Shown: one piece after another, positions 39,084 through 48,246 of the stretch
Layout: each line of letters starts with the position of its first letter
Position numbering within the stretch: position 1 is the first letter of the stretch
From: a bacterium
GTDB taxonomy: Bacteria; Electryoneota; JAOADG01
Direction of reading: 5' to 3'
Length of the DNA stretch: 64,000 nucleotides
Assembly: GCA_963681965.1 (NCBI GenBank)
Contig: OY820579.1
Span: 960,001-1,024,000 of the forward strand
The notes under the pieces: model-generated
The model's database searches: none
What the model was told of the DNA's origin: nothing
The model's input: only the letters and a program-made list of their open reading frames with translations
Made by a program: the position numbers and the translations under genes

Positions 39084-39290
39084 ATGTCACGAATCTGCCG
39101 ACATCCAGTGACCCGCTTTTCTGCCCTAGAACCATCGGTGAAAGGTGCGGTAAAGCTTTGGCATCGTTGTGTATCCTGTGGCTTGCCTGTTCTCGTGAAG
39201 GTCTATTACGGTGGAGTTACTCCATCGAAATCGAATATCGTTCCACTTTCGATCACGTATCAGCCGACCGCGCCAAAGCAAGCAGCGTAA
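39084..39290 (+). CDS. Small protein with putative Zn-ribbon (CxH...CxxC)
   Basis: AGAAGGAG RBS 7 nt before ATG at 39084; MSRICRH...HRCVSCG; hairpin directly downstream. Confidence 0.6.
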   Translation: MSRICRHPVTRFSALEPSVKGAVKLWHRCVSCGLPVLVKVYYGGVTPSKSNIVPLSITYQPTAPKQAA

Positions 39291-39320
39291 ATCCGCTCAA
39301 GCTAATCGGCTGTACGCGAA

Positions 39321-39342
39321 GAACCCCGCAATTGCGGGGTTC
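39321..39342 (+). terminator. Perfect palindrome after the small ORF
   Basis: GAACCCCGCAATTGCGGGGTTC followed by a pyrimidine run. Confidence 0.6.
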
Positions 39343-39754
39343 CTCTCTCTCGATGATTTTTAAGAAATTATTGTAAGAACAATCACTATTCAATCAAAAC
39401 AGTTGTTGTTGATCCCTACTGCGGTAAATGGTTCGCTCTCCAGCCCGTAGTGGGGATCGCACGTTTTATTGGCGATCGCAATATTCTTCCATCTGGAATG
39501 CAATCTTGATCGTCGCCCTTTGATACCTTGCCTGATTTTCTTCAACCATTTATCCTTGAACGGCAAATTTGTCATTTATATAAGTCGAGTCGATATTTTA
39601 TGTTGTAAATAGAATGATTCGGTGTTAATTTATTGAAGTTTTCCGAGTTGCAGTATAAGTTAATGAAGGTCTTTGATTTCAAAAGCATCGCAATCGGTTT
39701 GACCAGCCATTTATCGCGTATTATACTAAGTGATAATGCAATCTGGAGCCTCAT

Positions 39755-40309
39755 TTGGAGACGACCAACCGTACCCCTTTTCCACCGTTGTTAACTGCGG
39801 ACGAAATTCACTCTCGAGTCGTTGATTTAGCTCGAGAAATTTCTGAGCAATTCGGTCCGGGACCGATTACGATGCTTCCCTTGTTAAAGGGATCATTCAT
39901 CTTTACTGCCGATTTAGCCCGGTCGCTTTCGTGGTATGGACACGGTTTAAGAATCGAGTTTATTACAGCTTCGAGTTACGGCGTCGGTACTGAATCAAGT
40001 GGTTCGGTACGGCTCAATTGGCATGGCGAGCTCCCGACCGAGAATGATCGGGTTTTGATCATCGACGATATTCTCGACACGGGTCTGACAATTTCGCACG
40101 TTAAAGGGATTGTCTTAAACCAAAAGCCAAAAGCCTGTAAAGTCGCCGTATTACTGGACAAACCCTCACGCCGGAAAACTGCGGTGAGTGCCGATTTTGT
40201 CGGCTTCTCGATCGAGGATCATTTTGTCGTCGGTTATGGTTTAGATTTTGCCGAGCGTTATCGCGAATTACCCTATTTGGCTATTCTTCCACCCGAACAC
40301 CGGAGTTGA
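39755..40309 (+). CDS. hpt: Hypoxanthine phosphoribosyltransferase
   Basis: LLKGSFIFTADL, ASSYG, VLIIDDILDTGLT, LLDKP, FVVGYGLD. Confidence 0.95.
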   Translation: METTNRTPFPPLLTADEIHSRVVDLAREISEQFGPGPITMLPLLKGSFIFTADLARSLSWYGHGLRIEFITASSYGVGTESSGSVRLNWHGELPTENDRVLIIDDILDTGLTISHVKGIVLNQKPKACKVAVLLDKPSRRKTAVSADFVGFSIEDHFVVGYGLDFAERYRELPYLAILPPEHRS

Positions 40310-40313
40310 TTTC

Positions 40314-41330
40314 ATGGTTCCCGGAAGACTCCTCTTATTGGTTAGTGATCGTTCGTTACGCGTAGAAATCGAACGAGCGTTGTTGAATTGCGCCTCGATT
40401 GTAATGCCGAGTCATTCGCATTCGATCGAAGATTGTTTTCGCGACGGTAAATATTATGCCGTTGTGTTGACCTTTGAATTTGCGCTCAAGTACCAGTCCG
40501 AACTGCTTCACATGGCAGAGCGATCATCGGTACCGATCGAGCGAATTCTAATCTATCAGCAGAGCGAATGGGAAAGTCTGTCGCCACTGGTGGAACGCGG
40601 GATCGTAACCCGTTTGGTTCCTCACTTTTGGGACATTCAAACCATGGTCGATCTGTTACTGCGACTATGTGAACGGGAAGAGATCGAATTTTCGATGCAC
40701 CATCAGCAAGTGACCGGGAATCATAATGCTTCGGAGAGTGATTTAAAGAAGCGAATTCTCGAACTGGAGATGCAGAATCGAAGATTATCGGCGTTGGCTA
40801 CCACGGATGGTTTGACCGGATTGGCAAATCGACGCGAGCTGAACGATGTGCTCTCCAAAGAAATTTCGCGCGCTCGTCGGTTCAATCAACCGCTCTCGTT
40901 TGTAATGTGCGATGTCGATCATTTTAAAAATTACAACGACAATTTCGGTCATCCTGCCGGCGACGATGTGTTGCAAACGATTGCAGCGTTGATGCGTTCG
41001 CGTCTGCGTGCGAGCGATTTGGCAGCGCGATACGGTGGCGAAGAATTCGGTATGGTTCTCCCGATGACGACGAAAGAATCGGCGATTCGCGTTGCGGATT
41101 CGCTTCGTAAACGGATCGAAGAACACCGGTTTGCGCACCAGACCGAGCAACCAAACGGTAATTTGACCGTATCGATGGGTGTTGCTGCGATCGGCGAAGA
41201 TGGCGATACCGCTGCGGCGGTCATCGATGCCGCCGATAAAGCATTATATCTGGCAAAGCAAACTGGTCGCAATAAAGTTCTTGGCTATCACGCTCCGGAA
41301 AAGCCGTCCGAAGACACGCCGGCTAAGTAA
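40314..41330 (+). CDS. Diguanylate cyclase (GGEEF) with degenerate receiver-like N-terminus
   Basis: TDGLTGLANRR, DVDHFKNYND.FGH.AGD, RASD I-site, RYGGEEF, ADKALY.AK..GRN. Confidence 0.93.
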   Translation: MVPGRLLLLVSDRSLRVEIERALLNCASIVMPSHSHSIEDCFRDGKYYAVVLTFEFALKYQSELLHMAERSSVPIERILIYQQSEWESLSPLVERGIVTRLVPHFWDIQTMVDLLLRLCEREEIEFSMHHQQVTGNHNASESDLKKRILELEMQNRRLSALATTDGLTGLANRRELNDVLSKEISRARRFNQPLSFVMCDVDHFKNYNDNFGHPAGDDVLQTIAALMRSRLRASDLAARYGGEEFGMVLPMTTKESAIRVADSLRKRIEEHRFAHQTEQPNGNLTVSMGVAAIGEDGDTAAAVIDAADKALYLAKQTGRNKVLGYHAPEKPSEDTPAK

Positions 41331-41348
41331 CAAATTCTTTTACGATAC

Positions 41349-41376
41349 AGCCGGCGGGTGAGTTAACCCGCCGGTT
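41349..41376 (+). terminator. Hairpin downstream of the GGDEF gene
   Basis: AGCCGGCGGGT-GAGTTA-ACCCGCCGGTT. Confidence 0.55.
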
Positions 41377-41440
41377 CCCATTTCTGGATGAAGATTAATG
41401 CAATAACGATTGTTTAATTTCGTTATTGGGAGGAATACCA

Positions 41441-42922
41441 TTGAAACGAATAACGGTTTTCGGATTATTTATTCTCGCGTTGGTCACCGCTGCGATTGCA
41501 CAAACTACGGATTATACCAGTGAATCGTTGAAAGACCGTCTTAAGTCCGCCGAGACCAAAGAAGCCCGGGTTGAGATCTTTCAAGATTTTCTCAAGAATG
41601 CGAAAGATTTGGATATCTTGCGAAGTGTGCAAGATGAATGGCGTCGCGACGATTCCGCAAGCTGCGTCGAGCAATTCGATAAACTGCTCAAGCGCAATCC
41701 GAAATCGGCAAAGTATACTTATCTTCGCGGTAGGTTAGCCAGCGATGATTTGGAAAAAATAAAGTATGGTCACGAAGCCTTGAATCTCGATCCCAAATTC
41801 GGTTACGGATACCGGTTAGTACTCACCACTTTTTTTCCGATTATTCGCGACAATAAACCAATCGATGCCACAAATCCATTAGGACAAGCGTATCTAGCCG
41901 ATACCGCATTGTTCGCAAAATGGGCAGCGACTGAGCCGCGAAGCGATATGGCACAGATGACCTATTATCAGTATTTGATTCACGAAAAGCGATACGACGA
42001 AGCAGAAAAAATTCTCGATCGCAGCAAAGCGCTCAACTTCTCGTGGACGAGTGAAACGGAGTATGCCAAACTGTACGCGCTGCAGGGCAGATACGAGAAT
42101 GCACTGCTGACTCTTTCCGAGATGTTGAAGAACAATCCTAAGACCGCAAAACTAAGCGATGCGGAAAAAGCAAAAGAGCTTGATGGCTATTACCTCAGTA
42201 TTCTCGCGTCAGCGAACGCTAACGAACGGATTGTCAAATACATTTCCGATAAATCGGGATTTGAAAAAGATCTCGATTACCTGCAACAGCTAATCACTGC
42301 GAACATTCGAATGAACAAATTGGATAAAGCGTTCGAATCATTTGAATATGTTGTTCAACTTGGTGGTGCTCAACTCGAAGAGTGGGATCTTCCCGAGATC
42401 GCTGTCATACAAAAAGATACTCGCTGGCCGGCAATGGCGAAAAAGCTCACTGATGCTTGGAAGAACGGTGCCGATAAGCGACGTGAAAAAGTGATTGCCG
42501 AAAAGATTAACGTTCCAGCTCCCGACTGGGACCTAAAAACGCCGGATGGAAAATTGGTGAAGCTGTCATCGTTAAAAGGGTCGGTCGTGGTTCTTGATTT
42601 CTGGGCGACTTGGTGCGGTCCGTGCCGGATGGCGATGCCGGTCATTTCCGAATACACCGGCAAGAAACCGCAAGGTGTACGGGTTTTCTCGATTCAAGTT
42701 TGGGAACCCGATCATCAGAAAGCGGTCGATTTTATGAAAACTCAGGGATTCAAGATGGAACTGTTGTTTGGAACCGAGGAACTCCCAAAACAATATGAAG
42801 TTTCAGGAATTCCAACACTGTTTATCATTGACAAAAACGGTAATATTCGCTATAAGGAAATCGGATATAGTCCCTTGCTGGCAGAAAAACTGCCGTGGTG
42901 GGTCGACGATTTATTGAAATAA
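41441..42922 (+). CDS. Exported TPR-like + TlpA/redoxin thiol-disulfide oxidoreductase
   Basis: GGAGG RBS before TTG; signal peptide; LDFWATWCGPC, GIPTLFIIDKNG. Confidence 0.9.
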   Translation: MKRITVFGLFILALVTAAIAQTTDYTSESLKDRLKSAETKEARVEIFQDFLKNAKDLDILRSVQDEWRRDDSASCVEQFDKLLKRNPKSAKYTYLRGRLASDDLEKIKYGHEALNLDPKFGYGYRLVLTTFFPIIRDNKPIDATNPLGQAYLADTALFAKWAATEPRSDMAQMTYYQYLIHEKRYDEAEKILDRSKALNFSWTSETEYAKLYALQGRYENALLTLSEMLKNNPKTAKLSDAEKAKELDGYYLSILASANANERIVKYISDKSGFEKDLDYLQQLITANIRMNKLDKAFESFEYVVQLGGAQLEEWDLPEIAVIQKDTRWPAMAKKLTDAWKNGADKRREKVIAEKINVPAPDWDLKTPDGKLVKLSSLKGSVVVLDFWATWCGPCRMAMPVISEYTGKKPQGVRVFSIQVWEPDHQKAVDFMKTQGFKMELLFGTEELPKQYEVSGIPTLFIIDKNGNIRYKEIGYSPLLAEKLPWWVDDLLK

Positions 42923-42942
42923 TTACACGTATCACTGAATGT

Positions 42943-42983
42943 ATCGATGGGGCATTGCGATAGTGCCCCATTCGATTTTTTTT
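42943..42983 (+). terminator. Intrinsic terminator
   Basis: ATCGATGGGGCATT...AGTGCCCCATTCGAT plus T-run. Confidence 0.75.
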
Positions 42984-43113
42984 GCGTGAACAAGCAGCAA
43001 GACTGATTTTTCGGAAGATGTAATTGATTCCCGGTAAAAATACGGGAATTTGCGTATGTCAGGTTTCCTCGCTACTTTCAAAAGTTTATTGCAGCTAGAA
43101 TCTTCGGAGAACC

Positions 43114-44874
43114 ATGGATCGAAATACTTGGATTGCGTTAGCACTAATCGGACTTGTCATTATCATGACGCCGTATTGGGAGGGTTGGTTCAATCCAAAA
43201 CCAGCACCCGAGCCGGTAACACAGCAGACTCGCACCGATACTGTTGTGGTGAAGAAGGACTCTACTATCGGCAAAATAGGTGCCGTAACGCGCACCGATT
43301 CAATTGCCACGGCAAAACCGCTGTCGGAAGCGATTGCTTGGCAGTCTCGAAAATCCGATGAATCAAAAGGGGTAACCCGGATCGAAACCCCGCTCTACAG
43401 TGCTGTGTTGGCATGGGATGGCGCGCGATTCGTCAGTTGGAAATTGAAACCGAACGGTAAATACATCAAAGAACCGACGGAATTGGCACGGAACCAAGGC
43501 TTTGCGATTATTCCCGGGGCTTTTTTCCGGGATGGCGGCATTCGAACTGTCGATCACTTGGTATTCTCCTCCTCCGACACTGTAATTAATATCGGACCCG
43601 GTGAAACCAAGCCAGTCGTATTGAAAGCACAATTCGATCAAATCGGACCTGTCGAGGTTATCTACCAATTCAAGGGTAACGATTTCACCTTTGATATTAC
43701 TGCGCGCTTTGTCTCCTCAAATCCCGCGTGGCAGGGCGAAACCGGTGTCTGGACAATGTCGCCAGGTTTGAATCCTACCGAAGATCTTCGCGTTAGTTCT
43801 ACCGGAAAATTCATCAATGTCGGCGAAGACTACTATATTGGCAGCCATACTTGGCTCGGTGAGGTGTCCAAAGGGATGCACGAAGAATTCTCACCGAAAG
43901 CGGATAAAATCGACAAATTTGAAGCGACCGGAACAACTCAATGGGTCGCTCAACGCAGCAAATACTTTGTTGCCGCACTACAACCGCTGAAGCCTGCGAA
44001 TTCCGTGATAATGCAATCGGACATCGGTCCGGAAAAGACTTGGAAAACCCAACGGATTCAACTTCAGGTGTCGCCGACCGGTGGTAACGGCGTTTTTGCT
44101 GCTCGTGTTTATCTAGGACCGCTCAAAGACGATATGGTTACCGCGTTTGCGCCCGATCTCAGTAGTATTATGAACTGGGGTTGGATTATCATCAAGCCGT
44201 TTTCGATTGCAACACTCTGGTTGCTGGCGTTCTTATACAAGATTGTTCCGAATTACGGATTAGTGATTTTAATTTTCACGATCATCATCAAGCTGGTGTT
44301 GTGGCCATTGACAGTGAAGCAATTTCGCAGCATGAAAGAGATGCAGATTGTACAACCACTGCTGGCTGAAATGCGGGAGAAATATAAGGACAACCCGAAG
44401 AAGCAGCAGGAAGAGATGTTCCGCATATATGGCGAGTACAGAATCAATCCTGCCGCAGGTTGCTTGCCGATGGTTCTCCAGATGCCGGTTCTCTATTCTT
44501 TATTCATCGTGTTCCGCTCGACGATCGAACTACGCGATGCACCCTTCCTGTTCTGGATTAAAGATTTGTCGCAACCGGAAGCATTGATGTATCTCCCGTT
44601 CAATATTCCACTTTACGGACAGAATGTGGCACTATTACCGATTTTAATGGGTGTCACGCAGTTCTTTATGAGTAAACAGACGGCAACCAACGATCCCAAT
44701 CAAAAAATCATGTTATACATGATGCCGGTTATGATGAGCGTATTCTTCAATTCGCTACCTGCCGGATTGGTGTTGTACTATACTTTCTATAATCTGACGA
44801 CGATCATTCAGCAGCACTATATCAAGGGTACTACCGACAAAAAAGTACCGGAAGTTGCGGTAATTAAATCCTGA
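43114..44874 (+). CDS. yidC: Membrane protein insertase
   Basis: MDRNT N-terminal TM, YLGP, NYGLVILIFTIIIK, INPAAGCLPMVLQMP, WIKDLSQP, PAGLVLYY. Confidence 0.97.
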   Translation: MDRNTWIALALIGLVIIMTPYWEGWFNPKPAPEPVTQQTRTDTVVVKKDSTIGKIGAVTRTDSIATAKPLSEAIAWQSRKSDESKGVTRIETPLYSAVLAWDGARFVSWKLKPNGKYIKEPTELARNQGFAIIPGAFFRDGGIRTVDHLVFSSSDTVINIGPGETKPVVLKAQFDQIGPVEVIYQFKGNDFTFDITARFVSSNPAWQGETGVWTMSPGLNPTEDLRVSSTGKFINVGEDYYIGSHTWLGEVSKGMHEEFSPKADKIDKFEATGTTQWVAQRSKYFVAALQPLKPANSVIMQSDIGPEKTWKTQRIQLQVSPTGGNGVFAARVYLGPLKDDMVTAFAPDLSSIMNWGWIIIKPFSIATLWLLAFLYKIVPNYGLVILIFTIIIKLVLWPLTVKQFRSMKEMQIVQPLLAEMREKYKDNPKKQQEEMFRIYGEYRINPAAGCLPMVLQMPVLYSLFIVFRSTIELRDAPFLFWIKDLSQPEALMYLPFNIPLYGQNVALLPILMGVTQFFMSKQTATNDPNQKIMLYMMPVMMSVFFNSLPAGLVLYYTFYNLTTIIQQHYIKGTTDKKVPEVAVIKS

Positions 44875-44890
44875 TAATCCATTAGAATTG

Positions 44891-44921
44891 AAAACACCCG
44901 GTAATTTTACCGGGTGTTTTT
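44891..44921. terminator. Bidirectional terminator
   Basis: AAAACACCCGGTAA-TT-TTACCGGGTGTTTT between convergent genes. Confidence 0.85.
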
Positions 44922-44944
44922 GTATATTGCCAAATTTTCTTCGA

Positions 44945-45316
44945 CTAGTCGTCGGTAACGGCGGTTCGAGTCGGCGGTTTGTCGGCGGATACGATGATTC
45001 GCTGGCGGCGTCGCTGGCGATCGTATTCGTCGTTCATCTCGTTGATCATGAACTCTTTTCCTTCCGACGATCCGAGGCGGATAACCATAATCACGCGACC
45101 CTTGTATTGGCGGATATCGCGACCATCCTTGATTAAGCCTTCGATACCCTGCGTTGTAATAATCCGCATCTTACCAATCACATTGATAATCTTCCCGGTC
45201 ATATCGACTTCGATCAGGAATGGATACCCTTTGTAGCGACGAACATTCCGGGCACGGATCCACGGGATGCGAGCGAATAGTGATTGGTTATTACCGGTCA
45301 TTGCAGTGATTGCCAT
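44945..45316 (-). CDS. Small basic hypothetical protein
   Basis: GGAGG RBS upstream of ATG at 45316; ends at the shared terminator. Confidence 0.7.
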   Translation of the reverse strand: MAITAMTGNNQSLFARIPWIRARNVRRYKGYPFLIEVDMTGKIINVIGKMRIITTQGIEGLIKDGRDIRQYKGRVIMVIRLGSSEGKEFMINEMNDEYDRQRRRQRIIVSADKPPTRTAVTDD

Positions 45317-45519
45317 AGCGCCTCCATATCGAGCACTAGAAAGATACCATGTTCCAAGGCTAGGATCAACTCAAATTACTACTTTGAAAAGATAAATAAT
45401 CTAACCCTACCCCAAATTGGGTTTGCGGGATTGACCGCAGATTTAAGTAATCGTTTTAAGAAAAATCGGGATACGAATGGGTCGTATCCCGAGATAACAC
45501 AAGATAAATTTTTAATAAA

Positions 45520-46746
45520 TTACTTCAGTAGCAACATGGATTTCGCGGTTGACCCCGAGTTCGTTTTAATCTGGAAAATGTATTCGCCCGAGGTCAGCTT
45601 CGAACCGTCGAATATCAATCGTTGCTCCCCTTGTTGTTGAATTCCGGTGAAAAGCGTCGCTACCGATCGACCGGAAGCATCGAACACGTTTACTGACACT
45701 TCACTTCGCTTGGGCAGCGAGTATTGGATCGTAGTCGTTGGATTAAACGGATTGGGGTAATTTTTGGCAATCACGATTGAAACGGGAAGCATGTGATGCA
45801 TTCCCTCATCGACCCCTAGTGAGATTCTTGTTCGATAAATACCATCGCCGAAAGTTGAAGCATAGAGATAACCACTCGTTGATTGATAAGCGATACTTCG
45901 GATTTGCTGCCCACCTAAACCAGTCGCATAGGGTGTCCAAGTGGTGCCTGCGTCGGTCGATCGAATGATCGTCGTATCAAATCCGGCATACAAAACGTAA
46001 TTGGTGGTTCCGATCGATGAGGAGGAAATCGCCTCGATACTCTGACGTGGTCCGACGGCTTGCCATGAGGTAAGGTTATTTGATCGGTAAATTCCACTGT
46101 CGGTAGCCGCGTAAACAAAAGCAGATGCGTATGCAAACGAATAAATCATTCGCCCTGTCAAACCACACGGGGTTAAAGTATTGGTGGTGTGAACATAGCG
46201 AAATACACCGCCGCTATCGGTTCCGATCATAGCGAATCCGCTGATCTGAAACACTGTCGTTATTCTGCGACCGGGAACAGTTTGAGCAACGGGAAGAGCA
46301 GATCCGTTTGCCAATCCTTTGTAAAGTGCCCGTTCGGAACTAACCATCAGCGTCGGGGGTGTCGTAACCCAATCGGCTGATATGGATGTGATCATACCTG
46401 GAGTCATTTGCATTGACGTCCAGCTTTGTCCACCATTGGTAGAGCGCCGTAGATAGAAATTGGTGTAATCGTAGAATCCGGAATAAAATTCAGTCGAACT
46501 GGTATTGTAGAATCCATTGATTTCACCCTGATCGACAGAATCGATGGTTGTCCAAGAGGCTCCAAGATTGGTACTATGCCAGATACCATTGAAACCGCTC
46601 GGGTAAATATCGTCGTTACTGTAAAAGCGAATTTCGTTGACGAATTTACCCTCTAGTCCGTTCTGTTGCCAATACGGCTGGGCTGTGGAAAGAGAAGCGA
46701 AAATGAGCAGTGCGATGAGACAAGAAAACGGTAGAATTTTATTCAT
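45520..46746 (-). CDS. Secreted BNR/Asp-box beta-propeller protein with T9SS/FlgD-type C-terminal domain
   Basis: STNLGASW, STNGGQSW, STDAGTTW repeats; NYPNPFNPTT...SGEY...MLLLK. Confidence 0.88.
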   Translation of the reverse strand: MNKILPFSCLIALLIFASLSTAQPYWQQNGLEGKFVNEIRFYSNDDIYPSGFNGIWHSTNLGASWTTIDSVDQGEINGFYNTSSTEFYSGFYDYTNFYLRRSTNGGQSWTSMQMTPGMITSISADWVTTPPTLMVSSERALYKGLANGSALPVAQTVPGRRITTVFQISGFAMIGTDSGGVFRYVHTTNTLTPCGLTGRMIYSFAYASAFVYAATDSGIYRSNNLTSWQAVGPRQSIEAISSSSIGTTNYVLYAGFDTTIIRSTDAGTTWTPYATGLGGQQIRSIAYQSTSGYLYASTFGDGIYRTRISLGVDEGMHHMLPVSIVIAKNYPNPFNPTTTIQYSLPKRSEVSVNVFDASGRSVATLFTGIQQQGEQRLIFDGSKLTSGEYIFQIKTNSGSTAKSMLLLK

Positions 46747-46936
46747 TTTTCTTCCTCGGTAAGATGTTGGTGAGACAAAATTTGTATCGATTTAACAAAA
46801 TAAATATAAACTCACATCTTTCATAGGTATTTTTCAGAAATAGTGCAAAATTCCGTGATAATCATTAAATCACACCCATGTTTCATAAATAAACACTTAG
46901 CTTGCGATACCGTTGAAGATAGATTTGCCGACTGGC

Positions 46937-46966
46937 TGTAACTTTTTCAAATCTCATTGCGTCTAA
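46937..46966 (+). promoter_or_regulatory. ECF-type promoter, probably autoregulatory
   Basis: TGTAAC-N17-CGTCTAA about 25 nt upstream of the ECF sigma start. Confidence 0.7.
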
Positions 46967-46990
46967 ACGTATAGAACATCGAGGACAAAA

Positions 46991-47536
46991 TTGGTCGCAA
47001 CCGCTTCAGCCGATTCATTATTCTGGAAAAGTGCTTACGAAGAGCACGGACGAGCGTTGCTATCGTTTCTCCAGCGTCGAACTCGATGTTTGGAGGACGC
47101 CGAGGATTTGTTGCAAGAGACTTTTGTTCAAGCGATGCGATCGACCGAAGTGCTGCGTGACCGAAGTAAAGTAAAATCGTATTTGTTCACAATTGCCAAT
47201 AATCTGATGCTGAATAAAATGCGACGTTCGCACAAAGAGATCAGATTGTTTGAGAATGAGGACGGTACGAATCCTTTAGAACAATTTGCCGATAGCAGTT
47301 CGGATACAGAAACCATATTGGCGCAGTCGGAATTGGAAGGTCAAATCTCGCGCATTTTGTCCGACATGCCGGCGGCACACCGAACCGCATTCGAATTGGG
47401 CATCATTCAGCGTCTTTCCTACGACGAGATAGTAAAAGCAACTGGATGGACGCTTGCGCAAGTGAAAATCAATGTGTTTCGCGCACGAAAAAAGGCAATA
47501 TCCAGTTTACGCGATGACTTTGTCGTGATGATGTAG
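46991..47536 (+). CDS. ECF RNA polymerase sigma factor
   Basis: DAEDLLQETF, SYLFTIANN, LSYDEI, VKINVFRARK. Confidence 0.93.
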   Translation: MVATASADSLFWKSAYEEHGRALLSFLQRRTRCLEDAEDLLQETFVQAMRSTEVLRDRSKVKSYLFTIANNLMLNKMRRSHKEIRLFENEDGTNPLEQFADSSSDTETILAQSELEGQISRILSDMPAAHRTAFELGIIQRLSYDEIVKATGWTLAQVKINVFRARKKAISSLRDDFVVMM

Positions 47537-47546
47537 AGGTAAATCC

Positions 47547-48200
47547 ATGTTTCAGGAACCAGTAGCCAAGAATAATCTCGATGAATGGGAACTAAATCTT
47601 TCCGCACTAATCGACGGTGAATTAGAATCGGATGCAATCCTCCCGACGATCGATCGATTATTGGAACACGGTGAATTGCGGGAATTCTATATCGGTTCGC
47701 GAAAGTTCCAACAACGTCTCGCACGACAAAAAATTGCGAAACCAGTGAAAACGGCACTTCCAGACGGATTGTGGGAAAAGATCGAACGGAATAGTCGTCC
47801 CAATCGAACCCGAATAATTCAACTCTTTCCAAAAAATCTGAGGGTCTTGGCGGCTGCTGCAATATTGATTATTGCCGGTGTGTTTGCTGGACGGTATAGC
47901 ATACAACCATTCCGATTACCGTTCCAATCGAATGATCCGATCGTGGTTCAGGTTGGTGAAGACAAAGGTCGGATGAACGATCAGCGCTTCCTTGCGCTAA
48001 CGGTCGAAGTGCTGCGGTCGGACAATCGGTATCAACGAAAGATGATGGAAGTATTAGAAGCGATCAATCCGGTTAATCCGACGTTAGGTGAAAAGAATTA
48101 CACGACAATTGGTTCACGACGCATCAATTCAACGGAAAAGAAATCCGACTCGGAAGCGGAGAAACTGTTTGAAGTTTCGGCGCGTGGTCAAAACCATTAG
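47547..48200 (+). CDS. Membrane-anchored anti-sigma factor
   Basis: Directly follows the ECF gene; LSALIDGEL anti-sigma-domain start; single TM (LAAAAILIIAGVFAG). Confidence 0.75.
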   Translation: MFQEPVAKNNLDEWELNLSALIDGELESDAILPTIDRLLEHGELREFYIGSRKFQQRLARQKIAKPVKTALPDGLWEKIERNSRPNRTRIIQLFPKNLRVLAAAAILIIAGVFAGRYSIQPFRLPFQSNDPIVVQVGEDKGRMNDQRFLALTVEVLRSDNRYQRKMMEVLEAINPVNPTLGEKNYTTIGSRRINSTEKKSDSEAEKLFEVSARGQNH

Positions 48201-48246
48201 TTAACAATTGTAACAACCGAGTATTGTTACGAGAAGGGGAATTGCG

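Noticed and set aside
39390-39754. Two short minus-strand ORFs (61 and 60 aa)
   Set aside because: They have no clear RBS or recognisable motif and are likely spurious in an AT-rich gap
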